From a bacterium (GTDB lineage: Bacteria; Patescibacteriota; Minisyncoccia; Minisyncoccales; CG1-02-41-26), in NCBI GenBank assembly GCA_030619905.1, contig JAUXAO010000002.1:1193-65192 (forward strand): a stretch of DNA of 64,000 bases, given 5' to 3'. The number at the start of each line of letters is the position of its first letter. Within the stretch, counting starts at the first letter, position 1. The notes beneath the pieces were generated by a model that made no database searches, had not been told where the DNA came from, and worked only from the letters and a program-made list of their open reading frames with translations. The translations under genes and the position numbers were made by a program. Below, one piece after another: positions 48,423 through 58,826 of this stretch.

Positions 48423-49652
48423 ATGAATAGGAAAATGAAAATCTTTTTTAAAATAGTAATTTCAATTATCTGTTTAGTTGCAGTTTCCTTTTTGGGTTAT
48501 GAAGTTGGAGTTTATACTGGAGAAAAAAATATCCTTAGGACTCCACCTCCTCAAATAATCAATCAGGATTTAGGAGCGCCTGAAAAACTTGATTTTTCTA
48601 TTTTCTGGGAAGCCTGGCGAGAAGCTGAGAGAAATTTTTTAGAGAGAGAAGAAATTGACGCTCAGAATATGATTTATGGGGCAATATCCGGAATGATTGA
48701 CTCTTTAGGAGATCCTTATACTAATTTTTTTAAACCTGAAGAAGCTAAAGATTTTGAAGAACAACTTTCAGGAAAATATCAGGGAGTGGGAATGATTGTT
48801 GGAATTAAAGATGAACAATTAACAATAGTTTCACCTTTTGAAGGAAGTCCTGCTCAAAAAGCCGGGTTGAAGGCCGGAGATAGAATTATAAAAATAGGAG
48901 ACACTTATACAAAAGATATTTCCATTGAAAAAGCAGTAGAATTGATTAAGGGACCCCAAGGAACGATCGTTAAGCTTTTAATTCAAAAAAAGGACTTGGA
49001 GCAACCAAAAGAAATTGAAGTGAAAAGAGAGATCATAGAAATTCCCACTTTAGAATGGGAATTTATAGAAGGGAATATCGCTTTGATGAGAATCTATCAA
49101 TTTAATGAGATATTAAATTCAGAATTTCAAAAGGCTGCTTTTGAAATCTTGAACTCGGAGGCTGATAGAATAATTTTGGATTTGCGTAATAACCCTGGTG
49201 GTTATTTAGAAGTAGCCCAAGATATAGCTGGTTGGTTCTTAGAAAAAGGGAAAGTAGTTGTTTGGGAAGATAAAGGACATGGAGAGGAAAGAGAGTCTTA
49301 TAAGTCGAAAGGACCGGCTACATTTGCCTCTTTTCCAATAGTGGTTTTAATTAATGAGGGGTCAGCTTCTGGAGCTGAGATTTTAGCAGGAGCTTTAAGA
49401 GATCAAAGAGGAATTAAACTGGTTGGAGAAACTTCTTTTGGCAAGGGTTCAGTCCAAAAGCCAATAATACTTTCAGATGATTCTTATTTAAAAGTAACAA
49501 TAGCTAAATGGCTGACTCCAGATGGTGTTTCTATTGATGAAAAAGGATTAGAGCCAGATGTTGTAGTGGAAATACCAGAGGATTTAGTAGAAGAAGAGGA
49601 AAAAGATTTACAACTTGAGAAAGCAATTGAAATAATAAAAATTTTAGAGTAA
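48423..49652 (+). CDS. carboxy-terminal processing protease (peptidase S41) with PDZ domain
   Basis: N-terminal TM, PDZ segment GSPAQKAGLKAGDRIIKI, LDLRNNPGG and GSASGAEILAGAL. Confidence 0.85.
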   Translation: MNRKMKIFFKIVISIICLVAVSFLGYEVGVYTGEKNILRTPPPQIINQDLGAPEKLDFSIFWEAWREAERNFLEREEIDAQNMIYGAISGMIDSLGDPYTNFFKPEEAKDFEEQLSGKYQGVGMIVGIKDEQLTIVSPFEGSPAQKAGLKAGDRIIKIGDTYTKDISIEKAVELIKGPQGTIVKLLIQKKDLEQPKEIEVKREIIEIPTLEWEFIEGNIALMRIYQFNEILNSEFQKAAFEILNSEADRIILDLRNNPGGYLEVAQDIAGWFLEKGKVVVWEDKGHGEERESYKSKGPATFASFPIVVLINEGSASGAEILAGALRDQRGIKLVGETSFGKGSVQKPIILSDDSYLKVTIAKWLTPDGVSIDEKGLEPDVVVEIPEDLVEEEEKDLQLEKAIEIIKILE

Positions 49653-49685
49653 AATAGTAATAGAATAATAAAATACAATTAGTAA

Positions 49686-50132
49686 ATGAAAATAATTCTA
49701 ATAAAAGACGTTGAAAAATTAGGGAAAAGGTACGAAGTTAAAGAAGTTGCTTCTGGACATGCCAGGAACTATTTAATTCCTAGGGGTTTGGCTATTCAGG
49801 CCTCTAGGAAACTTTTGAAATGGGCCGAATCTCAAAGGGAGGTAGAAGAAAAGAAGGCGGAAGAAAAACTAAAAAAAGTTAGCGATATAGTCTCAGAGAT
49901 AGATGGTTTAGAAATAGAAATTCCAGTTAAAATTGGAAAAGAAGATCAACTTTTTGAAAAAGTGAGTCAGCAGAAAATTTTAGAGAGTTTAAAGGAACTT
50001 GGTTTTAAAGTAAAAAAATCACAAATTGAGCTGGAAAAACCATTAGAAGAAATTGGAGAATTTCCAGTAAAAATTAAATTTGATCACAATTTAGAAGCAG
50101 AAGTAAAAATAATAATAACTGAAGAGAAGTAA
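49686..50132 (+). CDS. rplI: 50S ribosomal protein L9
   Basis: MKIILIKDVEKLGKRYEVKEVASGHARNYLIPRGLA. Confidence 0.88.
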   Translation: MKIILIKDVEKLGKRYEVKEVASGHARNYLIPRGLAIQASRKLLKWAESQREVEEKKAEEKLKKVSDIVSEIDGLEIEIPVKIGKEDQLFEKVSQQKILESLKELGFKVKKSQIELEKPLEEIGEFPVKIKFDHNLEAEVKIIITEEK

Positions 50133-51752
50133 ATGGCGAAATATATTTTTATTGCTGGCGGAGTCATGTCTGGTATTGGTAAAGGAGTAGCCAGCGCTTC
50201 AATCGGCAGAATTTTAAAAAGCAAAGGATTCAGGGTGACAGCCATGAAGATTGACCCATATGTTAATGTCGATGCCGGCACAATGGAATTGGGGGTTCAC
50301 GGTGAAGTTTTTGTAACCGATGATGGAGATCAGTGCGATCAGGACATGGGAAACTATGAGAGATTTTTAGATGAAAATCTCTCTCAAGATAATTATATGA
50401 CGACTGGGAGGGTTTATCAGACAGTAATCAATCGAGAGAGAAATTTAGAATATAAAGGAAAATGTGTTGAAGTAGTTCCTCATATACCAGAAGAGGTAAT
50501 TCGAAGGATTAATAATGTTCAGAAAAAGACCAAGTCTGATTTTGTCCTAATCGAAATAGGAGGAACGGTAGGAGAATATCAAAACCTTTTGTTTTTAGAA
50601 GCAGCCAGAATGTTAAAATTAAAACATCCTAAAGATGTTGTTTTTATTTTGGTTAGTTATCTGCCTATTCCAAAAATAATAGGAGAAATGAAAACAAAAC
50701 CCACTCAACATGCTGTTAGAACAATAAATTCAGCTGGAATTCAACCAGATATAATAATCGCTCGTTCTCAGATCCCCTTGGACGATATAAGAAAAGAAAA
50801 AATCTCCATTTTCTGTAATGTTGATAAAAGGGATGTTATCTCAGCTCCAGATATTAAATCAGTTTATGAAATCCCAATTAATTTTGAAAAAGATAATTTA
50901 GGTAATCGCATTCTGAAAAAGTTTAATTTGGGAGCAAAGAAAAATGATTTGAAAAAATGGAAGAAATTGATTGAAACTATAAAAAAAAGCAAGAAGCCAG
51001 TCAAAATTGGTATAGTAGAAAAAAATATCAAGCCAGAAGCTACTGCACTGACTGATTGTTATCTTTCTATAATTGAAGCAGTAAAACATGCTGCTTGGTC
51101 TCTTACGAGAAAACCTGAGATTTATTGGTTAGATTCTAAAAGATATGAAAGAGATAAGAAAATACTTAAAGAACTGAAAAATTTTGATGGAATAATAGTA
51201 CCTGGAGAATTTGAGGGTAGGGGAGTGGAAGGAAAAATAAAAGCAATTGAATATTGTCGAAAAAACAAAATACCCTTTTTAGGGCTTTGTTTGGGAATGC
51301 AGCTGGCAGTTATTGAATTTGCCAGAAATGTTTGCGGTTTGAAGAAAGCAAGTTCTACTGAATTTTCCAAGAATTGTCAAGTACCAATTATTGACTTAGT
51401 ACAAGAACAGAAGAAAAACTTAATTAGAAAAAAACATGGTGGAACAATGAGATTAGGAGCTTATCCTTGTAAATTAAATCCTCAGAGCCTGTCTTTTAAG
51501 GCGTATAAGGTTCCTTTAATTTCCGAAAGGCATCGTCATCGCTATGAACTAAATAATGAGTTTAGGGATATTTTAGAGAAAAAAGGGATGATAATGGCTG
51601 GTATTAATCCTCAACAGAATTTAGTTGAGATAATTGAGATTTCAGGTCATCCTTTCTTTATAGGTACTCAATTTCATCCAGAATTTAAATCAAGGCCATT
51701 AAGGCCTCATCCATTATTTAAAGAGTTTATTAAAGCTTGCTTAAAGAAGTAA
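50133..51752 (+). CDS. pyrG: CTP synthase
   Basis: KYIFIAGGVMSGIGKG, GLCLGMQ and HRHRYE. Confidence 0.95.
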   Translation: MAKYIFIAGGVMSGIGKGVASASIGRILKSKGFRVTAMKIDPYVNVDAGTMELGVHGEVFVTDDGDQCDQDMGNYERFLDENLSQDNYMTTGRVYQTVINRERNLEYKGKCVEVVPHIPEEVIRRINNVQKKTKSDFVLIEIGGTVGEYQNLLFLEAARMLKLKHPKDVVFILVSYLPIPKIIGEMKTKPTQHAVRTINSAGIQPDIIIARSQIPLDDIRKEKISIFCNVDKRDVISAPDIKSVYEIPINFEKDNLGNRILKKFNLGAKKNDLKKWKKLIETIKKSKKPVKIGIVEKNIKPEATALTDCYLSIIEAVKHAAWSLTRKPEIYWLDSKRYERDKKILKELKNFDGIIVPGEFEGRGVEGKIKAIEYCRKNKIPFLGLCLGMQLAVIEFARNVCGLKKASSTEFSKNCQVPIIDLVQEQKKNLIRKKHGGTMRLGAYPCKLNPQSLSFKAYKVPLISERHRHRYELNNEFRDILEKKGMIMAGINPQQNLVEIIEISGHPFFIGTQFHPEFKSRPLRPHPLFKEFIKACLKK

Positions 51753-51760
51753 ATAGTTGA

Positions 51761-52045
51761 TTAAGAAGATTCTACTTCAACTACTTTAACAACTCTTTGT
51801 CCTTTATTAAACTTTGTTTTTCTTTTTGTTTTAAATTTAACAACTCCAGTTTTCAAAGCAAAAAGAGTGTGGTCTTTTCCACAACCCACGTTATTACCGG
51901 ACAGAAATTTAGTTCCTCGCTGGCGAATAATGATATTACCAGGTTTAACCTTCTGCCCTTCAAAAATTTTAACACCCAATCTCTTTGCCCTAGAATCTCT
52001 ACCTAGCCTTGTTGAACCTGCTGATTTTGTCTTAGACATATGCAA
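51761..52045 (-). CDS. rpmA: 50S ribosomal protein L27
   Basis: [20 protein letters not shown]...[10 protein letters not shown]. Confidence 0.9.
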   Translation of the reverse strand: MHMSKTKSAGSTRLGRDSRAKRLGVKIFEGQKVKPGNIIIRQRGTKFLSGNNVGCGKDHTLFALKTGVVKFKTKRKTKFNKGQRVVKVVEVESS

Positions 52046-52060
52046 TTTATGTTATCAAAA

Positions 52061-52207
52061 ATGATTCAATTTGTCAAAAAATATTCAGATAATATTTTAT
52101 TGTTCTTAATAGTTTTTCTTCTGTGTTTACTTTCTTTTGGTATAGGAATATTAACTCAATATTATCTTCAAAAACCTCCTTTAGAAATTGAAAATGTAGG
52201 GGAGTAG
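52061..52207 (+). CDS. possible small membrane protein (48 aa)
   Basis: MIQFVKKYSDNILLFLIVFLLCLLSFGIGILTQYYLQKPPLEIENVGE. It fills an otherwise empty 198-nt gap; no homology recognised. Confidence 0.25.
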   Translation: MIQFVKKYSDNILLFLIVFLLCLLSFGIGILTQYYLQKPPLEIENVGE

Positions 52208-52243
52208 TTTATTCTTTTTTCAAGTTCGAATGAATTCTAAAAA

Positions 52244-53194
52244 TTACTTGTTTTTAATACCATGAAATTTTCGATGTATATCGCGGAGTCTTTTACTAGT
52301 AATGTGGGTGTAAATTTGAGTAGCAACAAGGGTTTTATGACCTAGAAATTCCTGAAGTGTTCTTAAATCTACTCCCTGTTCTAAGAGATTAGTACTAAAG
52401 CTGTGGCGCATTACGTGTGGTGTGGTGGTCAACGGCAAACCAGCCATAATGGCATATTTTTTTATACTTTTTTCTATTGACCGAGGAGTTAATCTTCGAG
52501 GAGTCCCTTTTTTATTTTTATAATTAATAAATAAAGCCTTTTCTTTATCTTTTCGAGTTTCAAGATAGTTCCTTAACCAGTGTGTTGCTCTTTTTGAAAA
52601 ATAGATTGTTCTAGGCCGACTACCTTTTCCAATTATTACGATTTCTAAATCTTTTGTCTCAGGTTTTAATTTAATTTGTTCTCGGTTTAGACTGATTAAT
52701 TCTGCTATTCTCATTCCAGTAGAAAATAAAGCTTCTAAGATAGCTCTATCCCGCAATTCATTAATTTTTGAGACATCGGGAACTGCAAATAGTTTTTCTA
52801 GTTGTTCTAAATTTAAGAAGCTTACAACTCTTGCATCTTTACTTTTAGCCAATTTTATTTTTTCAGCAGGTAAAGAGAAGATATCTCTATCAGCAAAAAA
52901 ATTCAGCAAAGATCTCAAGGCTATTAGATAATAATTTTGGGTGGTTTTTTTTAAGGATTTTTTTGTTTTTGGAGTGTATTCACGAGCCAAATATGCTCGA
53001 TATTTCCAGATATGTTCTGAGGTAAGTTCGTGAGGTTTTAGTTGTTCTATCTTATTTATTTTTAACCAATCCAAAAACTTTTTTAAAAATCTAGAATAAT
53101 TTTCTTGGGATTTTGAACTTAAACCTCTCTCAATCTCTAACCAGTCAAGAAAATCATTTAAATGATAGGGGATTGGTTTTTGGCTTTTTTCCAT
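52244..53194 (-). CDS. tyrosine recombinase, XerC/XerD family
   Basis: N-terminal SAM-like domain. Catalytic residues are in RAILEALFSTGMRIAEL, HVMRHSFSTNLLEQG and LGHKTLVATQIYTH. Confidence 0.85.
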   Translation of the reverse strand: MEKSQKPIPYHLNDFLDWLEIERGLSSKSQENYSRFLKKFLDWLKINKIEQLKPHELTSEHIWKYRAYLAREYTPKTKKSLKKTTQNYYLIALRSLLNFFADRDIFSLPAEKIKLAKSKDARVVSFLNLEQLEKLFAVPDVSKINELRDRAILEALFSTGMRIAELISLNREQIKLKPETKDLEIVIIGKGSRPRTIYFSKRATHWLRNYLETRKDKEKALFINYKNKKGTPRRLTPRSIEKSIKKYAIMAGLPLTTTPHVMRHSFSTNLLEQGVDLRTLQEFLGHKTLVATQIYTHITSKRLRDIHRKFHGIKNK

Positions 53195-53336
53195 AAAATA
53201 GCTTATAAGCTCCTATTATTATACTCTTAAGTGTAATTATGCGAACCAATATCTATTAATAATATAGGTTCTTTAAAGAACCTTGTCAACCCCCCTACTG
53301 CGAAAAACTCTCTATATTGTTAGAGAAAGGGAGGTA

Positions 53337-53699
53337 TTAGAAAATAAGATTTTTTAACCATTGCCAACTTTTTGAGTACAGTTCTTTTATTTCTTCCTTA
53401 ATTTGAGATATTTCTTTTTTAATTTGTTCTCTTATAATTGGCTCTCTTTTGCTTATTTCTTTTTTTATCCAGTTTTGGATTTTGGGAAGTAAATTTCCCT
53501 TCCAATAATTTAATATTTTCTGATGAACACTTTGCCAAATTTCAAATGCTTGTCTAAGAGATTCTTTTAAGGGCTGAATAAAAATTCTAGAAAGATTATT
53601 AAAAGTATTTTCTTGAGCTAATACTGAACTGAACGAGTAGAAAAGAAAAACAGATATTATCAAAACAGAGAGAGGTATTTTAAGATCAGAGTATATCAT
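53337..53699 (-). CDS. hypothetical secreted/membrane-anchored helical protein
   Basis: 120 aa; signal-like PLSVLIISVFLFYSFSSVLAQE; overlaps the gltX stop by 14 nt. Confidence 0.4.
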   Translation of the reverse strand: MIYSDLKIPLSVLIISVFLFYSFSSVLAQENTFNNLSRIFIQPLKESLRQAFEIWQSVHQKILNYWKGNLLPKIQNWIKKEISKREPIIREQIKKEISQIKEEIKELYSKSWQWLKNLIF

Positions 53700-55224
53700 A
53701 AGATTGATTTAATCTTTCTAAAGTTTTTTCTTTTCCCAGAATGGTTGCTACTTCAAATGGGCCGGCTGAGGCTTTCTCCCCTGTTAAAGAAACCCTTAGA
53801 GGCCATAATATTTTTCCTCTATCCCCTATTTTATCTGCTTCTGCCATTAGAATATTTGTTAAATTCTTTTCTGTCCAATTTTCTGATTTTATTTTAGACA
53901 ATATCTTTTTTACTTTTTTCAGAATATTTTTTATTTCTTTATCTTCTATATCTTTCCATCTTAAAAGCTCCTTATCATATTCTAGTTTTCCTTTGAAAAA
54001 GAAATGGGTTAATTCTGGAATTTCAGATAGTTTTTTCAATCTTTCTTGATATAGACTTATAATTTTTTCAAGACGTTTAAGACTTATTTTTTCTCCAGTT
54101 TCAATGATTTTATAGAATTGACCTGGTAAACCTTCGGCTTCGAGCTCTGGTTCAATTAAATTTTTCTCAACTAAATAAGGAATACAATATTCAGTTAATT
54201 TTTCTGGAGATTTCTGTCTAATATAAAAACCATTCATCCAATCTAATTTAGTGATATTGAAAATTGCTCCTGATTTTTGAATTTTCTCTATGGAAAACTC
54301 TTTTATTAATGAAGGCATTGAAAAAACTTCTCTCTCTGTCCCAGGATTCCAGCTTAATAAAGCTATGAAGTTTGTTAGCGCTTCAGCCAGATATCCATCC
54401 TTACGATATTCAGTAATTGATATAGCTCCGTGTCTTTTGCTTAACTTGCTCCGATCAGGTCCTAAAATTAAAGGCAAATGGGCAAACTTTGGCTGAGGGA
54501 AACCAAGAGCCTCTTGAAATAAAATTTGCTTAGGAGTATTTGGAATATGATCTTCTCCTCTAATAACATGAGTAATTTTCATTTCAAAATCGTCTATTAC
54601 ACAAGCAAGGTTATATAAAGGATCAGTAAGACTTTTAGCAATACAAAGATCTCCAAAAAGAGCAGTGTCAAATTCTATTTTTTCGCGAATCATATCCTGA
54701 AAAACTATCTTTTTTGAGGGTGTTTTGAATCTAATAATAAATGGTTTTTTGGCCTTTAAATATTCCTTTACTTTTTGGGGAGAGAGGTTTTGGCACTTCC
54801 CTGAGTAGCGTGGCGGCTCTCCTATGCTCATTTGGTACTGTTTTTGACTCTCTAGCTCTTCTTTAGAACAAAAGCAATAATAGGCCTTATCTTCTTTTAA
54901 GAGCTTCTGGATGTATTTAGAGTAAATTTCCCGTCTTTCAGACTGTCGATAAGGGCCATAATCCCCTCCTATGTCAGGGCCTTCTGACCACTCTATTCCG
55001 AGCCATTTTAATCCTTCGATAATTTTTTGTTCCCATTCTTTTTTTGATCTTTCAACATCAGTATCTTCAATTCTTAAAATAAAACTACCTTCATGTTTTT
55101 TCGCAAAAAGATAGTTAAAAAGGGCTGTCCTGGCAGTACCGATATGTAAATGTCCGGTTGGTGAAGGAGCAATTCGAACTCTTACCTCTCCAGGGCTTAT
55201 TAACTTTAGATCTTCTTCCATCAT
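53686..55224 (-). CDS. gltX: glutamate--tRNA ligase
   Basis: RVRIAPSPTGHLHIGTARTALFNY and KLSKRHG. Confidence 0.95.
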   Translation of the reverse strand: MMEEDLKLISPGEVRVRIAPSPTGHLHIGTARTALFNYLFAKKHEGSFILRIEDTDVERSKKEWEQKIIEGLKWLGIEWSEGPDIGGDYGPYRQSERREIYSKYIQKLLKEDKAYYCFCSKEELESQKQYQMSIGEPPRYSGKCQNLSPQKVKEYLKAKKPFIIRFKTPSKKIVFQDMIREKIEFDTALFGDLCIAKSLTDPLYNLACVIDDFEMKITHVIRGEDHIPNTPKQILFQEALGFPQPKFAHLPLILGPDRSKLSKRHGAISITEYRKDGYLAEALTNFIALLSWNPGTEREVFSMPSLIKEFSIEKIQKSGAIFNITKLDWMNGFYIRQKSPEKLTEYCIPYLVEKNLIEPELEAEGLPGQFYKIIETGEKISLKRLEKIISLYQERLKKLSEIPELTHFFFKGKLEYDKELLRWKDIEDKEIKNILKKVKKILSKIKSENWTEKNLTNILMAEADKIGDRGKILWPLRVSLTGEKASAGPFEVATILGKEKTLERLNQSYDIL

Positions 55225-55266
55225 TATGCTTTATTTTACAACAAACCTAATTATTTGGCAAATTTT

Positions 55267-56400
55267 TTATCCTTTTTTAGGTTGTTTTTTTAATGGAGAA
55301 AGATATTCCAGGAGATAAGAAGCCATTATTTTAGCTGCTTTTGGTCTTGAGAATCTTTTACTATTTATTGACATTTCTTCAAGGTCTTGAGGTCTGGAAA
55401 ACAAATACTTTAATTTTTCTAAGAAAAAGTGAGGTTTTAAATTTTCCTGTTCAATTACCTGACAAGAACCACTTTTACTGTAGGCATAGGCATTTTTAAT
55501 TTGGTGATTTTGAGCAGAATGAGGTAATGGAATCAAAATACTCGGTTTTTCATTTGCTGCAATCTCAAAAATCGTTCCTGATCCAGCCCTGGAAATAACT
55601 AAAGAGCATGCAAAAAGAGCATGTTTATAATATTCTTCATCTAAAAATGGAAAAGGATGATAGTATTTTTTCGAAGATTTTAAAAGAATAGCATCAGTTT
55701 CAGCTTTAATTTCTGAAAAGTTTTTTTGACCCGTTTGATGAATAATTTCAAAACTTTCAAGCATCTCTGGTAAAATTTGTAAGATTATATCATTTAGTCT
55801 TTGGGCTCCTTGAGAACCTCCTAAAATTAAAAGCAGGGGTTTATTATCTTGTAATCGAAAAATCTCTTTTGCTCTTTCTTTAGATCCTTGTAAAATTTCC
55901 ATTCTTACTGGGTTGCCTAAGTTAATTATTTTTTCCTTGGGAAAAAATTCTGTCTTTGGAAAAGAAGTGAAAATTTCAGCTGCCCATTTACTTGTCTTTT
56001 TTGTGACTAAACCGGGTATAATATCGGATTCGTGTAAAAAGACAGGAATATGGAGTATTCTAGCAGATACTACTATTGGAAAAGAACCATAACCGCCTTT
56101 ACTAATTACAACATCAGGCGCTATGAAAAAGAGATAGAAAAATGCCTGCAACATACCAATTGGAATTTTGAAGATATCAATTAAATTTTTGAAAGAGAAA
56201 TATCTTCTTAGCTTGCCAGCTAATATTTTTTTAATTGCTACATTTTCCTGGCCAAGCAGGGCCAAACTATAATCGTCCTTTGGCCCAATGTAAAACAATT
56301 TCATGTCTTGTCTGGGATAATTTCTTTTCATCTCCCTTATTACTGCTATTATGGGGAAAATATGGCCACCGGTTCCCCCGCCGGTAAAAACTATTTCCAT
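55267..56400 (-). CDS. murG: undecaprenyldiphospho-muramoylpentapeptide beta-N-acetylglucosaminyltransferase
   Basis: IVFTGGGTGGHIFP, and GGSQGA in LLILGGSQGAQRLN. Confidence 0.9.
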   Translation of the reverse strand: MEIVFTGGGTGGHIFPIIAVIREMKRNYPRQDMKLFYIGPKDDYSLALLGQENVAIKKILAGKLRRYFSFKNLIDIFKIPIGMLQAFFYLFFIAPDVVISKGGYGSFPIVVSARILHIPVFLHESDIIPGLVTKKTSKWAAEIFTSFPKTEFFPKEKIINLGNPVRMEILQGSKERAKEIFRLQDNKPLLLILGGSQGAQRLNDIILQILPEMLESFEIIHQTGQKNFSEIKAETDAILLKSSKKYYHPFPFLDEEYYKHALFACSLVISRAGSGTIFEIAANEKPSILIPLPHSAQNHQIKNAYAYSKSGSCQVIEQENLKPHFFLEKLKYLFSRPQDLEEMSINSKRFSRPKAAKIMASYLLEYLSPLKKQPKKG

Positions 56401-57491
56401 GTATTTTTTGAGATATTTAAAAGTATTCCTATTCCTATTAATTCTACTATTATATGCGATCCTCCATAACTAATAAAGGGTAAGGGAATACCAGTTAAAG
56501 GGAGCAATCCGGTCATTGCGCCCATGTTAAAGAATGCTTGAAGAGTTATCCAGATAGTAATACCCAAAGCCAATAGGTAAGAAAAATTATCTTTAGATTC
56601 TTTTGCGATTTTTAATCCCCTTAAAGCAAAAACAAGAAAAAGAGTAATAAGTACAATGCATCCAATAAATCCCATTTCTTCTCCTATTATAGCAAAAATT
56701 GAGTCAGACATGGAATGAGGTAAGAAACCGAATTTTTGCTGACTCATTCCTAGACCAAAAGGTCCTCCAATGCCAAACATTTTTCCAGAACCAATAGAAA
56801 TGAACGACTGATGAATTTGATACCCTTCTTTTAATGGATTAAATTCAGGATGTAAAAAACTCATTAATCTTTCCATCCTATAGGGGGCAATCATTATCAT
56901 TAGAATTGTTCCTCCTATTCCAACAAAAACTACTGAGATTTTATGCCAAAAAGAACTAGGAGTAAGAAAATAGATTAAAATCGAAGTTGCGAGGATTAGC
57001 ATTAAAGTACCCATATCTGGCTGTTTGATTAAAAGACAAGTTAGAATAGTCAAGATTATCAGGAAAGCGACTAAAGTTTGATTTTTTGACCTTTTTTGAC
57101 TAAACCAAGCAGCAAGATAAAGTAAAAAAGTGATTTTCAGAAATTCTGAAGGCTGGAAGGAAATAGGTCCGAGAGATATCCAGCGATAAGCTCCTCCAAT
57201 TGAAACTCCAATCTTAGGGATAAAGACAAGAACTAAAGCAATCAAATTTAAGAATAAAAGAGCTACGGCATATTTTCTTAAAACAGATAGAGGTAATTTA
57301 AAAAATAGTATTCCTAGCAAAATAGCTGGTAGCAGACCTAAGAGGATTTGATGGGATAAATAATGCCAGGTATTACCGAAGTTTTCCAAACTTAAAGGAG
57401 CAGATACTGTAGCAATCATTAATATACCAAGGAGAATTAAGATTCCAACAATGGTGAGTAAGATATAATCATAATGGAGATTTTTTTTCAT
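56391..57491 (-). CDS. ftsW: SEDS-family peptidoglycan polymerase FtsW/RodA (FtsW by position)
   Basis: ISFQPSEFLK, PDMGT and LPLTGIPLPFISYGGS; lies between murD and murG. Confidence 0.85.
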   Translation of the reverse strand: MKKNLHYDYILLTIVGILILLGILMIATVSAPLSLENFGNTWHYLSHQILLGLLPAILLGILFFKLPLSVLRKYAVALLFLNLIALVLVFIPKIGVSIGGAYRWISLGPISFQPSEFLKITFLLYLAAWFSQKRSKNQTLVAFLIILTILTCLLIKQPDMGTLMLILATSILIYFLTPSSFWHKISVVFVGIGGTILMIMIAPYRMERLMSFLHPEFNPLKEGYQIHQSFISIGSGKMFGIGGPFGLGMSQQKFGFLPHSMSDSIFAIIGEEMGFIGCIVLITLFLVFALRGLKIAKESKDNFSYLLALGITIWITLQAFFNMGAMTGLLPLTGIPLPFISYGGSHIIVELIGIGILLNISKNTWK

Positions 57492-58825
57492 AAAGACTTT
57501 ACGTATTTTTTAAACAGATTTCCCCTTTCTTTATAATTACGAAAAACACTGAAACTGGCTGAAGCCGGAGAAAGAAGGCAGATACTCCCCTTTCTCGTAT
57601 GTTTATAGACTGTTTTGACTGCTTCAGCCATTGACGAAACAAAAAAACTTTTTGGTAAGTTCTTCTCATCTTTTTTAAAATTGAGAACTTCTTTCCAAAT
57701 TTTTTTACCGGTATATGGAAAAAGAATAAGATTTTCTATTTTGCTTTTTAAAATCTTTTTGGCCAGAACAGGAAAATCAATTTCTCTCTTACTTGAACCG
57801 CCCAAAATTAGGGTTTTAACTTTTTTCCCTAAAGCGTCCAAGGCAACAATCGTTGCCTGGGGAATTGTGGCAAAAGAATCATTGTAAAATTCTATTCCCT
57901 TATATCTTCCAACAAATTCTAATCTATGAGCTAAGGGTTTAAAAGATTTTATTGCCTTTTTAATGTCTTTAGACGGAATATTAAAGATTTCTCCGACCAA
58001 AACTGCTGCTAATATATTTAAAAGATTAAAATCCCCTTTTAAAGGAATTTCTTTTCGACTAATGATTTTTTCTAAATTCTTTATTTTTTTAATATTAAAT
58101 GCAATTTTTTTCGCCTTTGATTTTTTAGCAATTTCTCTTAAAAGTTTTTGTTCAGAGTTGTAAATAAAATAATCTTTTTTTGTTTGGTAACTAGTAATGC
58201 TTTCTTTTGCTTGGCAGTATTCTTTAAAATTTTTATAATAATCTAAATGATCTGGATAAAGATTTAAAAAAACCGCAATATAAGGGGATTTTTTAAGAAA
58301 TTGCAGTTGGTGGGAAGAAAGTTCGTAGACGAAAATATCTTCTTTCTTCGCTTTTAACAAAGTTTTAAAAACCGGTCTGCCAATATTTCCTATTAAGTGA
58401 GTTCTGAACTTGCCTTTTTTCAATATTTGATAAATTAAGGAAGAGGTTGTGCCTTTTCCTTTTGTACCAGTTACGCCAATAATTTTACCTAGACAGTATT
58501 CAAAAAAAATCTCGGTCTGGGAAGTTACCTTTGTTTTTTTCCTTAAAAATGGTTTTAGACTGCTTAACTTAATGCCAGGCGTCTTGATTATTAATTGGTA
58601 ATTTTTAAGAGATTCAAGATAATTCTTACCAAGATAAAGTTTTAGATTTTTGCCTTTTTTTAAAAATTCTTGGTTTCTTTTCGACAATTCTTTGAATTCT
58701 AATTTATCAGCTATGGCTATAATCTTTTCCGGAAATAGTTTTCTCAGAGCTAAATAATTATCTTTTCCTTCTTTTCCAAATCCAAGAACTAATATTTTCT
58801 TATCCTTTAATTCATTTAAGTACAT
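57488..58825 (-). CDS. murD: UDP-N-acetylmuramoylalanine--D-glutamate ligase
   Basis: KILVLGFGKEG and GVTGTKGKGTTSSL. Confidence 0.85.
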   Translation of the reverse strand: MYLNELKDKKILVLGFGKEGKDNYLALRKLFPEKIIAIADKLEFKELSKRNQEFLKKGKNLKLYLGKNYLESLKNYQLIIKTPGIKLSSLKPFLRKKTKVTSQTEIFFEYCLGKIIGVTGTKGKGTTSSLIYQILKKGKFRTHLIGNIGRPVFKTLLKAKKEDIFVYELSSHQLQFLKKSPYIAVFLNLYPDHLDYYKNFKEYCQAKESITSYQTKKDYFIYNSEQKLLREIAKKSKAKKIAFNIKKIKNLEKIISRKEIPLKGDFNLLNILAAVLVGEIFNIPSKDIKKAIKSFKPLAHRLEFVGRYKGIEFYNDSFATIPQATIVALDALGKKVKTLILGGSSKREIDFPVLAKKILKSKIENLILFPYTGKKIWKEVLNFKKDEKNLPKSFFVSSMAEAVKTVYKHTRKGSICLLSPASASFSVFRNYKERGNLFKKYVKSL

Positions 58826-58826
58826 T

